From assembly GCA_052279835.1 (NCBI GenBank), contig CP181291.1:1-64000 (forward strand): a stretch of DNA of 64,000 bases. Direction: 5' to 3'. The translations under genes and the position numbers were made by a program. The stretch comes from Microcoleus sp. (GTDB taxonomy: Bacteria > Cyanobacteriota > Cyanobacteriia > Cyanobacteriales > Microcoleaceae). The notes under the pieces were generated by a model. It was not told the DNA's origin, did no database searches, and worked only from the letters and a program-made list of their open reading frames with translations. The first letter of the stretch is position 1; every line of letters begins with the position of its first letter. Below are positions 43,662 to 52,828 of the stretch, one piece after another.

Positions 43662-45710
43662 ATGGGTATTAACGTGTCTAATTTTTTCACGCCTGAATTT
43701 AATAACGAAAGTGCGATCGCTCCTTGGAATGCCAGCCTAGAACCGACTAAGGCAATTATCCCGAAGCTAGATGCTAACCCTGTGCTAACGGGGGGTATTG
43801 GCCAGGAAGTTAATCTCCCGACTTTAACGCCAGAAGCCTATGACAATATCATCTTGCCTGACGATTTGCTAACCCGGATGGCTAGTGCAGTGAGTACCGA
43901 GTCCAACAGCAGTTTACCGGATAGCTCTGTCGATTTGCTAACAGGTCAGGCGATGTCCGAGGTTTATGGGGATTTGAGTAAGTTTGCGGGCGCGCCAGAT
44001 TTCGCAGCTAAGCTGAATGTGGCTTTTGGGGAAAACTGGGATGCTGCGGCTGCGAAAGCCTTAGCAGAAGAATGGTTTCAGGGAGATTTTAGCGATATCC
44101 CGCAAGTGAAAGTTGTCTCGTCTGCTGAGATTGGTGGGGCGAATGGAGCTTTTGCTGCGGCGACGGATACGATTTATTTATCGAAGGAATTTTTGACTGA
44201 GAATGCGGCGAATTCGGGGGCGATCGCGGATGTGTTGCTGGAAGAAATCGGGCACTCTGTTGATGCGCGGTTGAATGTTGCGGATTCACCGGGAGATGAG
44301 GGGGCGATTTTTTCGAGGGTTGTTCAGGGGAAGGAGTTGAGTGAGGGTGAGCTTCAGGGGCTGAAGAGTGAGGACGATACTGCGACTGTTCTATTAGATG
44401 GACACCAATATCTAGTAGAGAAGCAGTTGAGTTCATTTCCGATCCAAGGTAGCATTGGTTCTTTTTACAACAGAAATCCGGCTATAGCTAGTCAGTTGGG
44501 TAGAGCTACGGGTGCTGAATTCCAATTTTCATCTGGTAAATGGCGACAAAACTTCCAAAACGGTGCAATCTTTCACTCAGCCCAGGGTACTCGCTCTGTT
44601 CGCGGTAGCGTGGGCAGTTATTACCTGAATACTTTAGGAGGTCAAAATAGTCAGTTAGGCTTGCCTACCAGTGAAGAATTTCAAGTTGCTAATGGATGGC
44701 GACAAAACTTTGAAGGTGGGGCAATTTTCCACTCAGGTGCGGGTAGCTATATGGCTCGTGGCAGCCTGGGAAGTTATTACTTGAATAATTTGGGAGGTGA
44801 AAAAAGTCAGCTAGGTTTACCTACCAGCAATGAATTTCAAGTTCCTAATGGATGGCGACAAAATTTTGAGCGGGGTTATGTTAACTGGGGGAATACTGGG
44901 GGGACGTTTACACTTAATTCATCGCCAACACCAAATCGGCTCAATCAGCTAGGGAGTAAATCATCTCTCACGATTGATGAAATTCAAGAATACAGAGGGC
45001 TTGTTACTCAACAACCCCAATCTGAGCGTGCTGGTTTGTATCGTACTTTGCAATACAAAGTTCCTTATTTCAACCAACGCGATAATGCTTCTATCGAAGG
45101 TGGTCAAAGAATTGGTGACGTAATGTGCAATGTCACTAGCCTCGCAAGCTGCTTAACGGCTCTTGGTATAAAAAATCCAAATCCAAGTAAGCAATTTGAA
45201 GATGTGCTAGAAGATAGATTACGAGCCAATCCATCGAGATATCCTAGCTCTCAAGGTACCAATGCCCGCTACTGGTGGGATAATCTTTCTAAACTTGCAC
45301 AAGATCTTGGCGTTACTTCCTCTGGAACGCAATCTATGCCAGGTTTTTCATCAACTAATACTACTTTCTTCCAAAATTTTGTAAGGAATAACTGGGAATC
45401 GGCACTCCAACAAGGCAAGACAATAATGGCTGGTGTTTACACCACTCAACCTGGGCATATTGTCAAAGTTATTGATATCGATTGGAATCGTGGTGGAATT
45501 GTTGTGGATGATCCTTACGGACAAGCACAAAATAGCAGTCTCAACGATTACAAACGATTTAATTACACGGGAAATCAAAATACAACAAGTCGTGGATCTG
45601 TGAATACTCAACAGGGTCAAAATGAAAATGGAATTGGAAACGATAACTTCTGGTCTTGGTCATACTGTGCGGAAGTCTTTGGTGAGACTTGGTACTTAAG
45701 GCTGGGTTAA
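43662..45710 (+). CDS. Multidomain protein: LLEEIGH domain + LGFP-like repeats + C39-like peptidase
   Basis: GANGAF...IYLS...LLEEIGH...DSPGDEGAIF; repeats LGLPTSEEF...WRQNFEGGAI; VPYFNQRDN...CNVTSLA...GHIV...DDPYG. Start uncertain. Confidence 0.72.
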   Translation: MGINVSNFFTPEFNNESAIAPWNASLEPTKAIIPKLDANPVLTGGIGQEVNLPTLTPEAYDNIILPDDLLTRMASAVSTESNSSLPDSSVDLLTGQAMSEVYGDLSKFAGAPDFAAKLNVAFGENWDAAAAKALAEEWFQGDFSDIPQVKVVSSAEIGGANGAFAAATDTIYLSKEFLTENAANSGAIADVLLEEIGHSVDARLNVADSPGDEGAIFSRVVQGKELSEGELQGLKSEDDTATVLLDGHQYLVEKQLSSFPIQGSIGSFYNRNPAIASQLGRATGAEFQFSSGKWRQNFQNGAIFHSAQGTRSVRGSVGSYYLNTLGGQNSQLGLPTSEEFQVANGWRQNFEGGAIFHSGAGSYMARGSLGSYYLNNLGGEKSQLGLPTSNEFQVPNGWRQNFERGYVNWGNTGGTFTLNSSPTPNRLNQLGSKSSLTIDEIQEYRGLVTQQPQSERAGLYRTLQYKVPYFNQRDNASIEGGQRIGDVMCNVTSLASCLTALGIKNPNPSKQFEDVLEDRLRANPSRYPSSQGTNARYWWDNLSKLAQDLGVTSSGTQSMPGFSSTNTTFFQNFVRNNWESALQQGKTIMAGVYTTQPGHIVKVIDIDWNRGGIVVDDPYGQAQNSSLNDYKRFNYTGNQNTTSRGSVNTQQGQNENGIGNDNFWSWSYCAEVFGETWYLRLG

Positions 45711-45971
45711 ACCATCTATAGCCCTAGAATAAGTAGTGCAGGACTTATGCGCTCCGACAAAGAAACCGGGTTTTTACCTAATCTGTTGGCTTCGGCGAAG
45801 TATTTTCGCAAAAACCCGGTTTCTGAGCCCTATGCTTACGTCATAATATAGATAAATCGCGTTTTTATCTATCCGCGTTCATCCCGTTTATCTGCGGTTG
45901 CTAAAAAAAGCGATCGCGCTTATTATCCGAAAGTGTGATCGCCTTTATCGAACTTCTATTTCCTCACATTA

Positions 45972-46235
45972 CTAAGCAACTGCAAGTTCATATTGCAGAA
46001 CTAAAATTTCATCTGCTTTCAAAATAGCCATAGCATATTCAATCCCTTGACTATCAGCAAATTCCACTAAATACTGACATTCCTTTCCCGTATCATACAC
46101 TTCGACAATAGTTCCCACAAGTCCTACTGGCAAACTAGAAACAGATTCATATTCCGGTTCCACTAGCGTTAATCGCGTATTTGAAACCGGCTTGAGAATC
46201 GCCACAGAATCCAAAAGTCTAAAGTTTTTTATCAT
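45972..46235 (-). CDS. DUF4926-family protein (putative antitoxin)
   Basis: LLDSVAIL...LPVGLVGTIVEVY...YLVEFADSQG..YAM. Confidence 0.82.
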   Translation of the reverse strand: MIKNFRLLDSVAILKPVSNTRLTLVEPEYESVSSLPVGLVGTIVEVYDTGKECQYLVEFADSQGIEYAMAILKADEILVLQYELAVA

Positions 46236-46564
46236 GGTTTAAAAAAGCTGAAATCAAACGAGGGTTAGAATTAGTCAAAGTAATTTCCCAGATTGTCCGA
46301 AGCTCAATCCCCGGTGTATCGGGTATCGTCCAATCAACTTTAAACTGTTGCCCAAAATCAGTAGTATTTTCTTGGACAACTTCACCTTCAATGGCTGCTT
46401 TTTGAATAAGCTCTTGCAAAACTTCTGCATTATTAGCCGTGATTCCCAAAACCGATGCAAAGACTCTGGCTTTGTGTTTTCCGCTCTTATTGCTCTGGAT
46501 TTAAGCAGTAGCCGACTAGCTTTTGCAGAGAAACTTCAGCCCGATCGCCATTGGGTAGTTTCAT
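46219..46564 (-). pseudogene. DUF6883-like putative toxin with a +1 frameshift
   Basis: MKLPNGDRAEVSLQKLVGYCLNPE, then CAA TAA. Removing one A near 46490 restores H-K-SGKHKARVFASVLGITANN. Length 346 = 3n+1. Confidence 0.75.
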
Positions 46565-46764
46565 TATAACTCCTGCTCACCCCCTAATTAGTTTCAATTT
46601 TTATTGTAAGGTATATGCTTTGTCGCTGTACGATCGCGCTTATTGTCCGAAAGTGCGATCGGCTTTCTCATCCCGAATCCCAAAGGGCGATCGCCATTCC
46701 TTAAGTTAAAATATAAGTTGTCATATCCGATCATATAACTTATCAGATTCAGAAGGGACAAGTT

Positions 46765-46989
46765 ATGCCTGTAAACTGGAGAGAACATATCGTTAGTACC
46801 CCCGATGTACTGCGAGGTAAACCAAGAATCAAAGGGACTAGAATTCCCGTTGGTCTGATTTTAGGATATTTAGCATCAAATAACACTGTCGAACAAATCA
46901 TGGACGAGTTTCCAGATATTGTCAAAGAACAGATAGCTGCTTGTCTTGATTATGCTCGCGATTTGTCGGATTTTGAAACAGTTGCCTAA
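46765..46989 (+). CDS. DUF433-family antitoxin
   Basis: TPDVLRGKPRIKGTRIPV...EQIAACLDYA. Confidence 0.88.
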   Translation: MPVNWREHIVSTPDVLRGKPRIKGTRIPVGLILGYLASNNTVEQIMDEFPDIVKEQIAACLDYARDLSDFETVA

Positions 46990-47357
46990 TGAGTTTAAGA
47001 TTGTTCATCGATCAATGCGTTCCTAAGTCTATTATTCAAATCCTTCGTGATACCGAGCATGAAGTTTTTGTATTGGGAGATTACATCCCAATTGAATCTC
47101 CCGATATTATTGTCATTGCCAAAGCTCAGGAATTAAATGCCATACTTGTTTCTCTCAATGGAGACTTCGCAGATATTGTGACTTATCCGCCAAGTTCATA
47201 TCAAGGAATTATTTCTATTCAACTGAGAAATCACCCGGAAATTATTCCTCAGTTGATGGCAAGGCTAACAGAATACTTATCATTGCACGATAGTGAGGAG
47301 CATTATCGAGGTAAATTACTACTGGTAGAAGTTTACAGAATTCGCATTCGAGAATAA
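46989..47357 (+). CDS. DUF5615 PIN-like toxin
   Basis: LFIDQCVP...SPD...ILVSLNGDF...GII. Confidence 0.85.
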   Translation: MSLRLFIDQCVPKSIIQILRDTEHEVFVLGDYIPIESPDIIVIAKAQELNAILVSLNGDFADIVTYPPSSYQGIISIQLRNHPEIIPQLMARLTEYLSLHDSEEHYRGKLLLVEVYRIRIRE

Positions 47358-47422
47358 AAATTGATAGCGATCGCCCTTTTCCCCGAAATAACCAAAAGGG
47401 CGATCGCTCTTCCTCTCCAAAT

Positions 47423-47794
47423 TTAACCCACTTGCAATAATTCTTGAGAGTGTATTGAATTTGGTACGCCATAAGCTGTATGAGCTCTTACTTCTGGCGG
47501 TTGAAGTCCTAAAACAATTAACTTAGGGGGAATGCCCGCTGCTACTAATTCTTCAGCGATCGAGCGATCGGTATTATTGGCTTGAATCCAAACTTGACCG
47601 TCGATAATATCCATGTGTATGACGCAATCGTGAATTCTTCTCCCCTGAAACCATCCCATCGAAAGTAACATATAGCGGTCGTTTTCTAAATCGAAAATTA
47701 CTTGACTTTGTACCTCAGTTTCAGAATTCAAAAAACCTGAGTATTCATTAATAATTCCTTTGACAATCTGGCGGCAATCTGCTATGGTATCCAT
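47423..47794 (-). CDS. xisI: XisI-family protein
   Basis: IFDLENDRY...IHMDIIDGQVWIQ...IAEELVAAGIP...IVLG. Confidence 0.9.
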   Translation of the reverse strand: MDTIADCRQIVKGIINEYSGFLNSETEVQSQVIFDLENDRYMLLSMGWFQGRRIHDCVIHMDIIDGQVWIQANNTDRSIAEELVAAGIPPKLIVLGLQPPEVRAHTAYGVPNSIHSQELLQVG

Positions 47795-48201
47795 TTCACA
47801 ATCTCCTCCATTTGTGGATTAAAAACAATCAACTTTAAATGATTATCTACCAATAAAATATCAGCAAATTTATCTTCAATAAAAAGCTCTTCAAAAGACA
47901 TCACCGGCATAGCAAGATAGAGCGTTCTTTCCGGTTCAGTTTGTTCTAAAATTTTCTGATAAAGAATGTATTGTCCCAAAGCCTTCTCTAAATCTAAAAT
48001 TTTAGAATCACTGATAAAACTTTTAACTTCAACAGCTATCTTAGACTGATTATTTTCAGCAGCAATCAGTTTTTCTGCTCCTAGATCGACAAATAGTTTT
48101 CGCTTGGCCCATTTCACTAACAATGGGTCATGAGTAATTTTCCAGCCAGCTTTAACAAGTGCCTGTTTCACAACTGGATGATAGTAATCTTTTGCTGACA
48201 C
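47782..48201 (-). CDS. xisH: XisH-family PD-(D/E)XK protein
   Basis: AKD..H..VKQAL.K.GW.ITHDP...VDLGAEK...IAVEVKSF...ALGQYILY. Confidence 0.92.
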   Translation of the reverse strand: MSAKDYYHPVVKQALVKAGWKITHDPLLVKWAKRKLFVDLGAEKLIAAENNQSKIAVEVKSFISDSKILDLEKALGQYILYQKILEQTEPERTLYLAMPVMSFEELFIEDKFADILLVDNHLKLIVFNPQMEEIVKWIP

Positions 48202-48550
48202 TGTTGCTCCTTTTGAACGATGTGAATATTAGAGATTTTTGTATAAACTTTTGAGTTAGTGTCATTTTACCATAGTTCAGCTTAGTCAACCATAGTTATA
48301 TTACATTGTTAAGCTTATTTAACTATAGCTTGCGTAAGTCAGTTTGTGAGTATCTATGAGGACTGGGCAAAGTGCGATCGCCTTTCTCATTCCGAATCCA
48401 AAAGGGCGATCGCTCCTTTGCATCCAGCTATCCCAAAAGCGATCGCCCTTATTTTTTATTTACTCGCGCACATATTCAACTTGTTAACATGAGAACATAT
48501 CAGCAGAACAGGTGTACGATCGCGAGAATATAAAAATTGGAGGAAGCCTA

Positions 48551-48766
48551 ATGGGAAAAAGTACAGAAGTGTCAGCCAAGCGACAGGACCCAAATTACAT
48601 ACAGCTATCGGGAGATGTCCGAAAAGAACTAGGACTTCAGTTTAAAGCTGCGTGTACTCTCAAGCAGCTAAATATAGGAGAAGGGTTGGAAGAAGCAATA
48701 GAAATATGGTTCCAGGCTCAGCAAGCCCCCTCATCCAGCAAAAGCAGCAAAAAGGGGGACGAGTGA
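48551..48766 (+). CDS. Ribbon-helix-helix-like DNA-binding protein (71 aa)
   Basis: DPNYIQLSGDVRKELGLQFKAAC...IGEGLEEAIEIW. GGAGG RBS before ATG 48551. Confidence 0.65.
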   Translation: MGKSTEVSAKRQDPNYIQLSGDVRKELGLQFKAACTLKQLNIGEGLEEAIEIWFQAQQAPSSSKSSKKGDE

Positions 48767-48939
48767 GAGATCCAGAACGGGAAAAAGAAGAGCTTGGCAA
48801 TCCCATCAACGAACCCGTACAAGCGTATAACCTAAAAGAAGCGAAAAAGAAATGCCAACAGCTAGCAACTGAATATGAAGAATCTCTTGCAGATGTTCGC
48901 CCGGGCGGCAAAGCCTGGTTTCGCTGCTACTTTCAGTGA
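48763..48939 (+). CDS. Hypothetical protein (58 aa)
   Basis: GTGA start overlaps the RHH stop; purine-rich RBS upstream. Confidence 0.55.
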   Translation: MRDPEREKEELGNPINEPVQAYNLKEAKKKCQQLATEYEESLADVRPGGKAWFRCYFQ

Positions 48940-48949
48940 GGGAAAATAC

Positions 48950-49336
48950 ATGAAAATTCGAGAATCAGTTGGTCAAAGCGTCTGGAACCATTCTGAGGGC
49001 TGGTGCTGCGAACCTCTTGACACCATACCGCCCGGTCATATTGCCCTAGCCGTTGAAGCGATCGATCTTAATCTTGTAGACTGGGATATCGAAGAAATTG
49101 GCGAAAAAGCAGGTTTTGATATTCAGTATAAATACACGGGAGTCAATGACCCGAAAGATGAATCTTTAGCTTGCGTAAGTCAGTTTGTTGGCATCTATGA
49201 AGACTTCTCAAAGCTCGATCGCGATTTGTCAGTTTTGATTGCAGCAGGCATCCCGCGTCATTTATTCAAAATACTGACTGACAACGATGACATCGATTTG
49301 AAACCTGTAACGCAATACCTCAAAGCAGTCTCATAA
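48950..49336 (+). CDS. Hypothetical acidic protein (128 aa)
   Basis: GAGGGA RBS and ATG 48950; third gene of a tightly coupled operon. Confidence 0.65.
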   Translation: MKIRESVGQSVWNHSEGWCCEPLDTIPPGHIALAVEAIDLNLVDWDIEEIGEKAGFDIQYKYTGVNDPKDESLACVSQFVGIYEDFSKLDRDLSVLIAAGIPRHLFKILTDNDDIDLKPVTQYLKAVS

Positions 49337-49439
49337 TGTTTTGGGTGTAGCGCAATTGTTTCTTTTTCCGTGCATTGCGATCGCCTTTCCCATCCCGAAT
49401 CCCAAAGTGCGATCGCTAATTGTTCAATAGACGCTCTAT

Positions 49440-49784
49440 TTATACATATAAAAGCTGATTGGAAATTTCATCAGCCGTCAACGTATTTAATAGAATAGCA
49501 ACCCGTTGGACAATCTCATAGGCGTTCTTTTGAGGAGTCACAATAATTCCAGAATGTTCCCGTCCTTCTGTCATATATTCTAGGTGTAATCGCTCAAAAT
49601 CTACGCGGTTGTGAGTCAGCAAACATCGATCGACAGATGCAGCATAAGCCAATTGTTGGCTATCCAATTGACTCAACATTCCCTGTTCGCTCGTTGTCGT
49701 CACATCAAAACCCCTAGCCCGCAGAAAAGTCGCTACCAGCCTAGAAACATCTTCATCTGTATGAATAGTTGCAAATAGTTTCAC
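49440..49784 (-). CDS. DUF5615 PIN-like toxin
   Basis: HTDEDVS...GFDVTT...D..QLAYA...LLTHNRVDF...HSGII. Confidence 0.87.
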   Translation of the reverse strand: MKLFATIHTDEDVSRLVATFLRARGFDVTTTSEQGMLSQLDSQQLAYAASVDRCLLTHNRVDFERLHLEYMTEGREHSGIIVTPQKNAYEIVQRVAILLNTLTADEISNQLLYV

Positions 49785-50074
49785 GGTTTTTTCATGGCAG
49801 CTTTCACAGCAGGATGAATCAATTCTTCAGGAATTCGATTGCGCTCAATATAAGTATTTATTTCTTCCTGGTTGTCCAAATAAAAACTCAGTGCGTCAAA
49901 AATTTGAGCTAATTTCAGATGAGGTAAGTGCATCGGAATTTCTTCAGGAGTAATACCTAAACGCCACAATTCCACGATCGCACGAACGGAAGTTCTCGTT
50001 CCTGCGATAATTGGTTCCCCTTGTAAGATTTCAGGGTGACGTGCGACATAACGCGAAGCAGATTGTGTAGTCAT
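49781..50074 (-). CDS. DUF433-family antitoxin
   Basis: PEILQGEPIIAGTRTSV...LAQIFDALSFY. Confidence 0.88.
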   Translation of the reverse strand: MTTQSASRYVARHPEILQGEPIIAGTRTSVRAIVELWRLGITPEEIPMHLPHLKLAQIFDALSFYLDNQEEINTYIERNRIPEELIHPAVKAAMKKP

Positions 50075-50103
50075 GGGAGATTAACCGGACACATTAATCT
50101 TGA

Positions 50104-50742
50104 TTATAACTTCAGTCGTTGTCGAAATTCCTTAACTGCTACGAGCGAATTCGGATATCGGACATATTCCGCCAGCAATTCTATATCTAAATCAGGGAGG
50201 ATTTCGCTGCGATCGATTTGCTCATAACCGCAGGTTTGGACAAATTGAACTGGAATCTCTTCTCGTAGATAGTAGAGGCTAAAACGTTCATTTTGCCAAA
50301 ACCAAACTTCTTTAACATTTAACCTTCTGTAAACTTCCAATTTATTCAGTCCACCACTGGTAACAACAACCTCAATTGCCAAATCGGGAAATTCTTTGTC
50401 TGTACCAATGCAGTAAGCTTCATCGGGTTCTGTCCCGCCACTTTTTTCCTCTTGCCGCAAGGTGGTAGAACCAAAGGGAAAATAGTCGATATCCGCTTCT
50501 AAAAAGTAAATTTCTAAAAGGTCTCCAATCCGCGTTTTTCTGATTTCATGGCGACGGGAAGGCGAGATGATTTCTAAGACTCCATCCAAATAGGTGACTC
50601 GATATGCCAAACTATCCCCATTTCTGGTGAGTAAGGTTTCGTATTGTTCCCAGTTAACGCGATCGGTAATATAGCGGCATTCGGAATCTTGGCGTTGGAG
50701 TGCTTGTTGGTCAAGTAGAGCATTCAGATCGCTTGTCAACAT
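50104..50742 (-). CDS. Uma2-family putative endonuclease
   Basis: WEQYE, YLDGVLEI.SP...HE, EPDE.Y, PDLAIEV and EVWFW. ATG at 50742. Confidence 0.9.
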   Translation of the reverse strand: MLTSDLNALLDQQALQRQDSECRYITDRVNWEQYETLLTRNGDSLAYRVTYLDGVLEIISPSRRHEIRKTRIGDLLEIYFLEADIDYFPFGSTTLRQEEKSGGTEPDEAYCIGTDKEFPDLAIEVVVTSGGLNKLEVYRRLNVKEVWFWQNERFSLYYLREEIPVQFVQTCGYEQIDRSEILPDLDIELLAEYVRYPNSLVAVKEFRQRLKL

Positions 50743-50788
50743 AGTATTATCTCCTTTAGGTTGTCTTGATTGTAATTTAGTCAGGACT

Positions 50789-50958
50789 TGTACCAATTTT
50801 TTATGAGGCTGCATAGAATCCGATCCCCCCTAACCCCCCTGGTGGGAGGGGGGGACAAGATTCCGATCAAAGTCCCCCTTCCCCCCTTGGGGGGGGCTAG
50901 GGGGGGGTGGGGATTTAGGGGGATCGAGATATATGCAACTTCACATTAAATTGGTATT
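50789..50958. mobile_element. MITE-like element with ~28-bp imperfect terminal inverted repeats and a G/C-run core
   Basis: TACCAATTTTTTATGAGGCTGCATA ... TATGCAACTTCACATTAAATTGGTA enclosing CCCCCCTAACCCCCC / GGGGATTTAGGGGG. Confidence 0.6.
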
Positions 50959-51122
50959 AGGGATGGGCTACGAAAAACCCGGTTTCTACGTGAATATTCG
51001 TCGCCGAGATGCAGGATTTGTCTTAGAAATCGGGTTTTTTAACCTTAGTTCTATTGGTGAATGCGATCGCACTTTCTGAAAATCTTGTTAAAAAAATTCG
51101 TCTTAAAAAGAAGGATTACCTA

Positions 51123-51238
51123 TTGACAGGGCTGGGATTCTCATGGTATATTTTAGATAATGGGAGTGGTGACTAAAATAATTATTTTAGTCACCACTCC
51201 CATTATCAGATTGTACTTGATTTGCTGGGGAAAGTCAA
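51123..51238. promoter_or_regulatory. Perfect 52-bp palindrome between two convergent sigma70-type promoters
   Basis: Palindrome at 51156-51207. Plus strand: TTGACA(51123)-18-TATATT with TG extension. Minus strand: TTGACT(51238)-17-TACAAT. Confidence 0.7.
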
Positions 51239-51290
51239 GCTTTTTACCCTGAAAAAAAAGGCGATTTTTTTTAAATGCAATCAAAAGAAA

Positions 51291-52319
51291 TTAATTCGCC
51301 CCCATTACTAATTCTCCCTTCCCTTCAATGACTTCGCCAATTTCAAAGGCCGCAATGCCCTGAGATTCAAACCATTTAACAGTCTGTTCTACTTCCCTGC
51401 GATCGAGCAACAAGACAAATCCAATCCCCATATTAAAAGTATTGAACATATCTGCGGTGGCAACTTGACCAGCTTCAGCAATCCAGTCAAAAATGGGCAA
51501 ACTTGGCCAGCTATTCGTCTGAATTTTCACAGATTGATTGGCTGCCAAACAGCGAGGCAAATTCTCCGGCAAACCGCCGCCTGTAATGTGGGCCATGCCG
51601 TGAATATCCAAACCACTCTTAAGGGCTTCGAGAACTGGCTTTACATAAATGGTAGTTGGAGTTAAGAGGACTTCTCCTAAACTTTTGCCACCTAATTTTT
51701 CTGGCTGGGAATGCCAGTCAAAACCCAAATCGCCTGCAATTTTTCTGACCAAACTAAAACCGTTGCTGTGGACACCCGAACTAGCCAGCCCGATCGCCAC
51801 ATCTCCGACTGTAACCCGCGAACCGTCTAACAATTTGCTCTTTTCGACAATTCCGACGCAAAAGCCAGCCAAATCGTACTCTCCCGCTTGGTAAAAACCG
51901 GGCATTTCGGCTGTCTCCCCGCCCAACAGAGCACAGCCAGCTTGGTTGCAACCATCAACAATGCCAGCAACCACAGCAGCTAATTGTTCGGGGTTTAACT
52001 TTCCCGTAGCCAAATAATCAAGAAAAAATAGCGGTTCCGCCCCGGAGGTGAGTACGTCGTTGACGCACATGGCTACCAAGTCGATACCTACGGTGTCGTG
52101 GCGATCGAGATTGTGCGCCAATTTCAACTTAGTCCCGACGCCATCAGTGCCGGAAACCATAATCGGCTCTTTTAAACCTTCTGGGACGCTGAAAAACCCG
52201 CTAAACCCGCCGAATCCGCCTAAAACGCCAGATCGATGGGTGCTTTTGACCATACTGCCGATGCGATCGACAAAAGCTCTGCCCGCCTCAACATCCACAC
52301 CTGCTTCCCGATAGTCCAT
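51291..52319 (-). CDS. purM: Phosphoribosylformylglycinamidine cyclo-ligase
   Basis: [46 protein letters not shown] and TFNMGIG. Confidence 0.97.
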   Translation of the reverse strand: MDYREAGVDVEAGRAFVDRIGSMVKSTHRSGVLGGFGGFSGFFSVPEGLKEPIMVSGTDGVGTKLKLAHNLDRHDTVGIDLVAMCVNDVLTSGAEPLFFLDYLATGKLNPEQLAAVVAGIVDGCNQAGCALLGGETAEMPGFYQAGEYDLAGFCVGIVEKSKLLDGSRVTVGDVAIGLASSGVHSNGFSLVRKIAGDLGFDWHSQPEKLGGKSLGEVLLTPTTIYVKPVLEALKSGLDIHGMAHITGGGLPENLPRCLAANQSVKIQTNSWPSLPIFDWIAEAGQVATADMFNTFNMGIGFVLLLDRREVEQTVKWFESQGIAAFEIGEVIEGKGELVMGAN

Positions 52320-52828
52320 AAGTCCGCCTTAGTCGATTTCTAGTCTTTAGTTTATTGCCAAGTCTAGCGATTTGAGGTTTGAGATGGGAGATTTGAGATT
52401 TTAGTGCCCAGAAAATATTTATCAGTTTTTGTAAAGTTTTGTAAATTTTTGTAAATTTTTCAGGAATTGCGAAAAACTCTGCAAGCACTGTCATTAAAGC
52501 ATTTTCTCAGACAGAGAACTGTGAAGATCCGAGGAATTTTTGGCAAAATGCGTGGGATCAGCGATCCCCAAGCTCAAAAGTTTGTGGTAGTCTGTTGCAG
52601 TTCGTTAACAAAACACAAATTGCAAATTGAGTATGAGTTGTCAAGTGTCAGGGAAGTTGCAGCCAAAAAATTATTTGGCCTAAACACAAAAGCAAAAATG
52701 CAGCCCGACATTTTGATTTGACTCGCGGGGGAACAGCGAAGGACACTCTTAGAAATTCCTAAGAACCGTCGCCCATCAGGCCAATCCCCTCACCTCCGTT
52801 AGCAATGGCTCTTCACAAAAATGGACGT

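Larger units (their letters stand above)
45910..49416. repeat. Five junction elements built from paired HIP1 sites
   Basis: At 45910-45942, 46630-46694, 47367-47407, 48374-48446 and 49377-49416. Core GCGATCGC-CTTTC(T/C)CAT(C/T)CCGAATCC(C/A)AAAG(G/T)-GCGATCGC. Confidence 0.85.

Noticed and set aside
43364..43690. 108-aa minus-strand ORF and the long 5' extension of ORF 43518
   Set aside because: No motifs; probably non-coding leader of the peptidase gene.
47423..48201. xisHI as evidence of an fdxN-type excision element
   Set aside because: No XisF recombinase or interrupted gene nearby; xisHI pairs are commonly dispersed.
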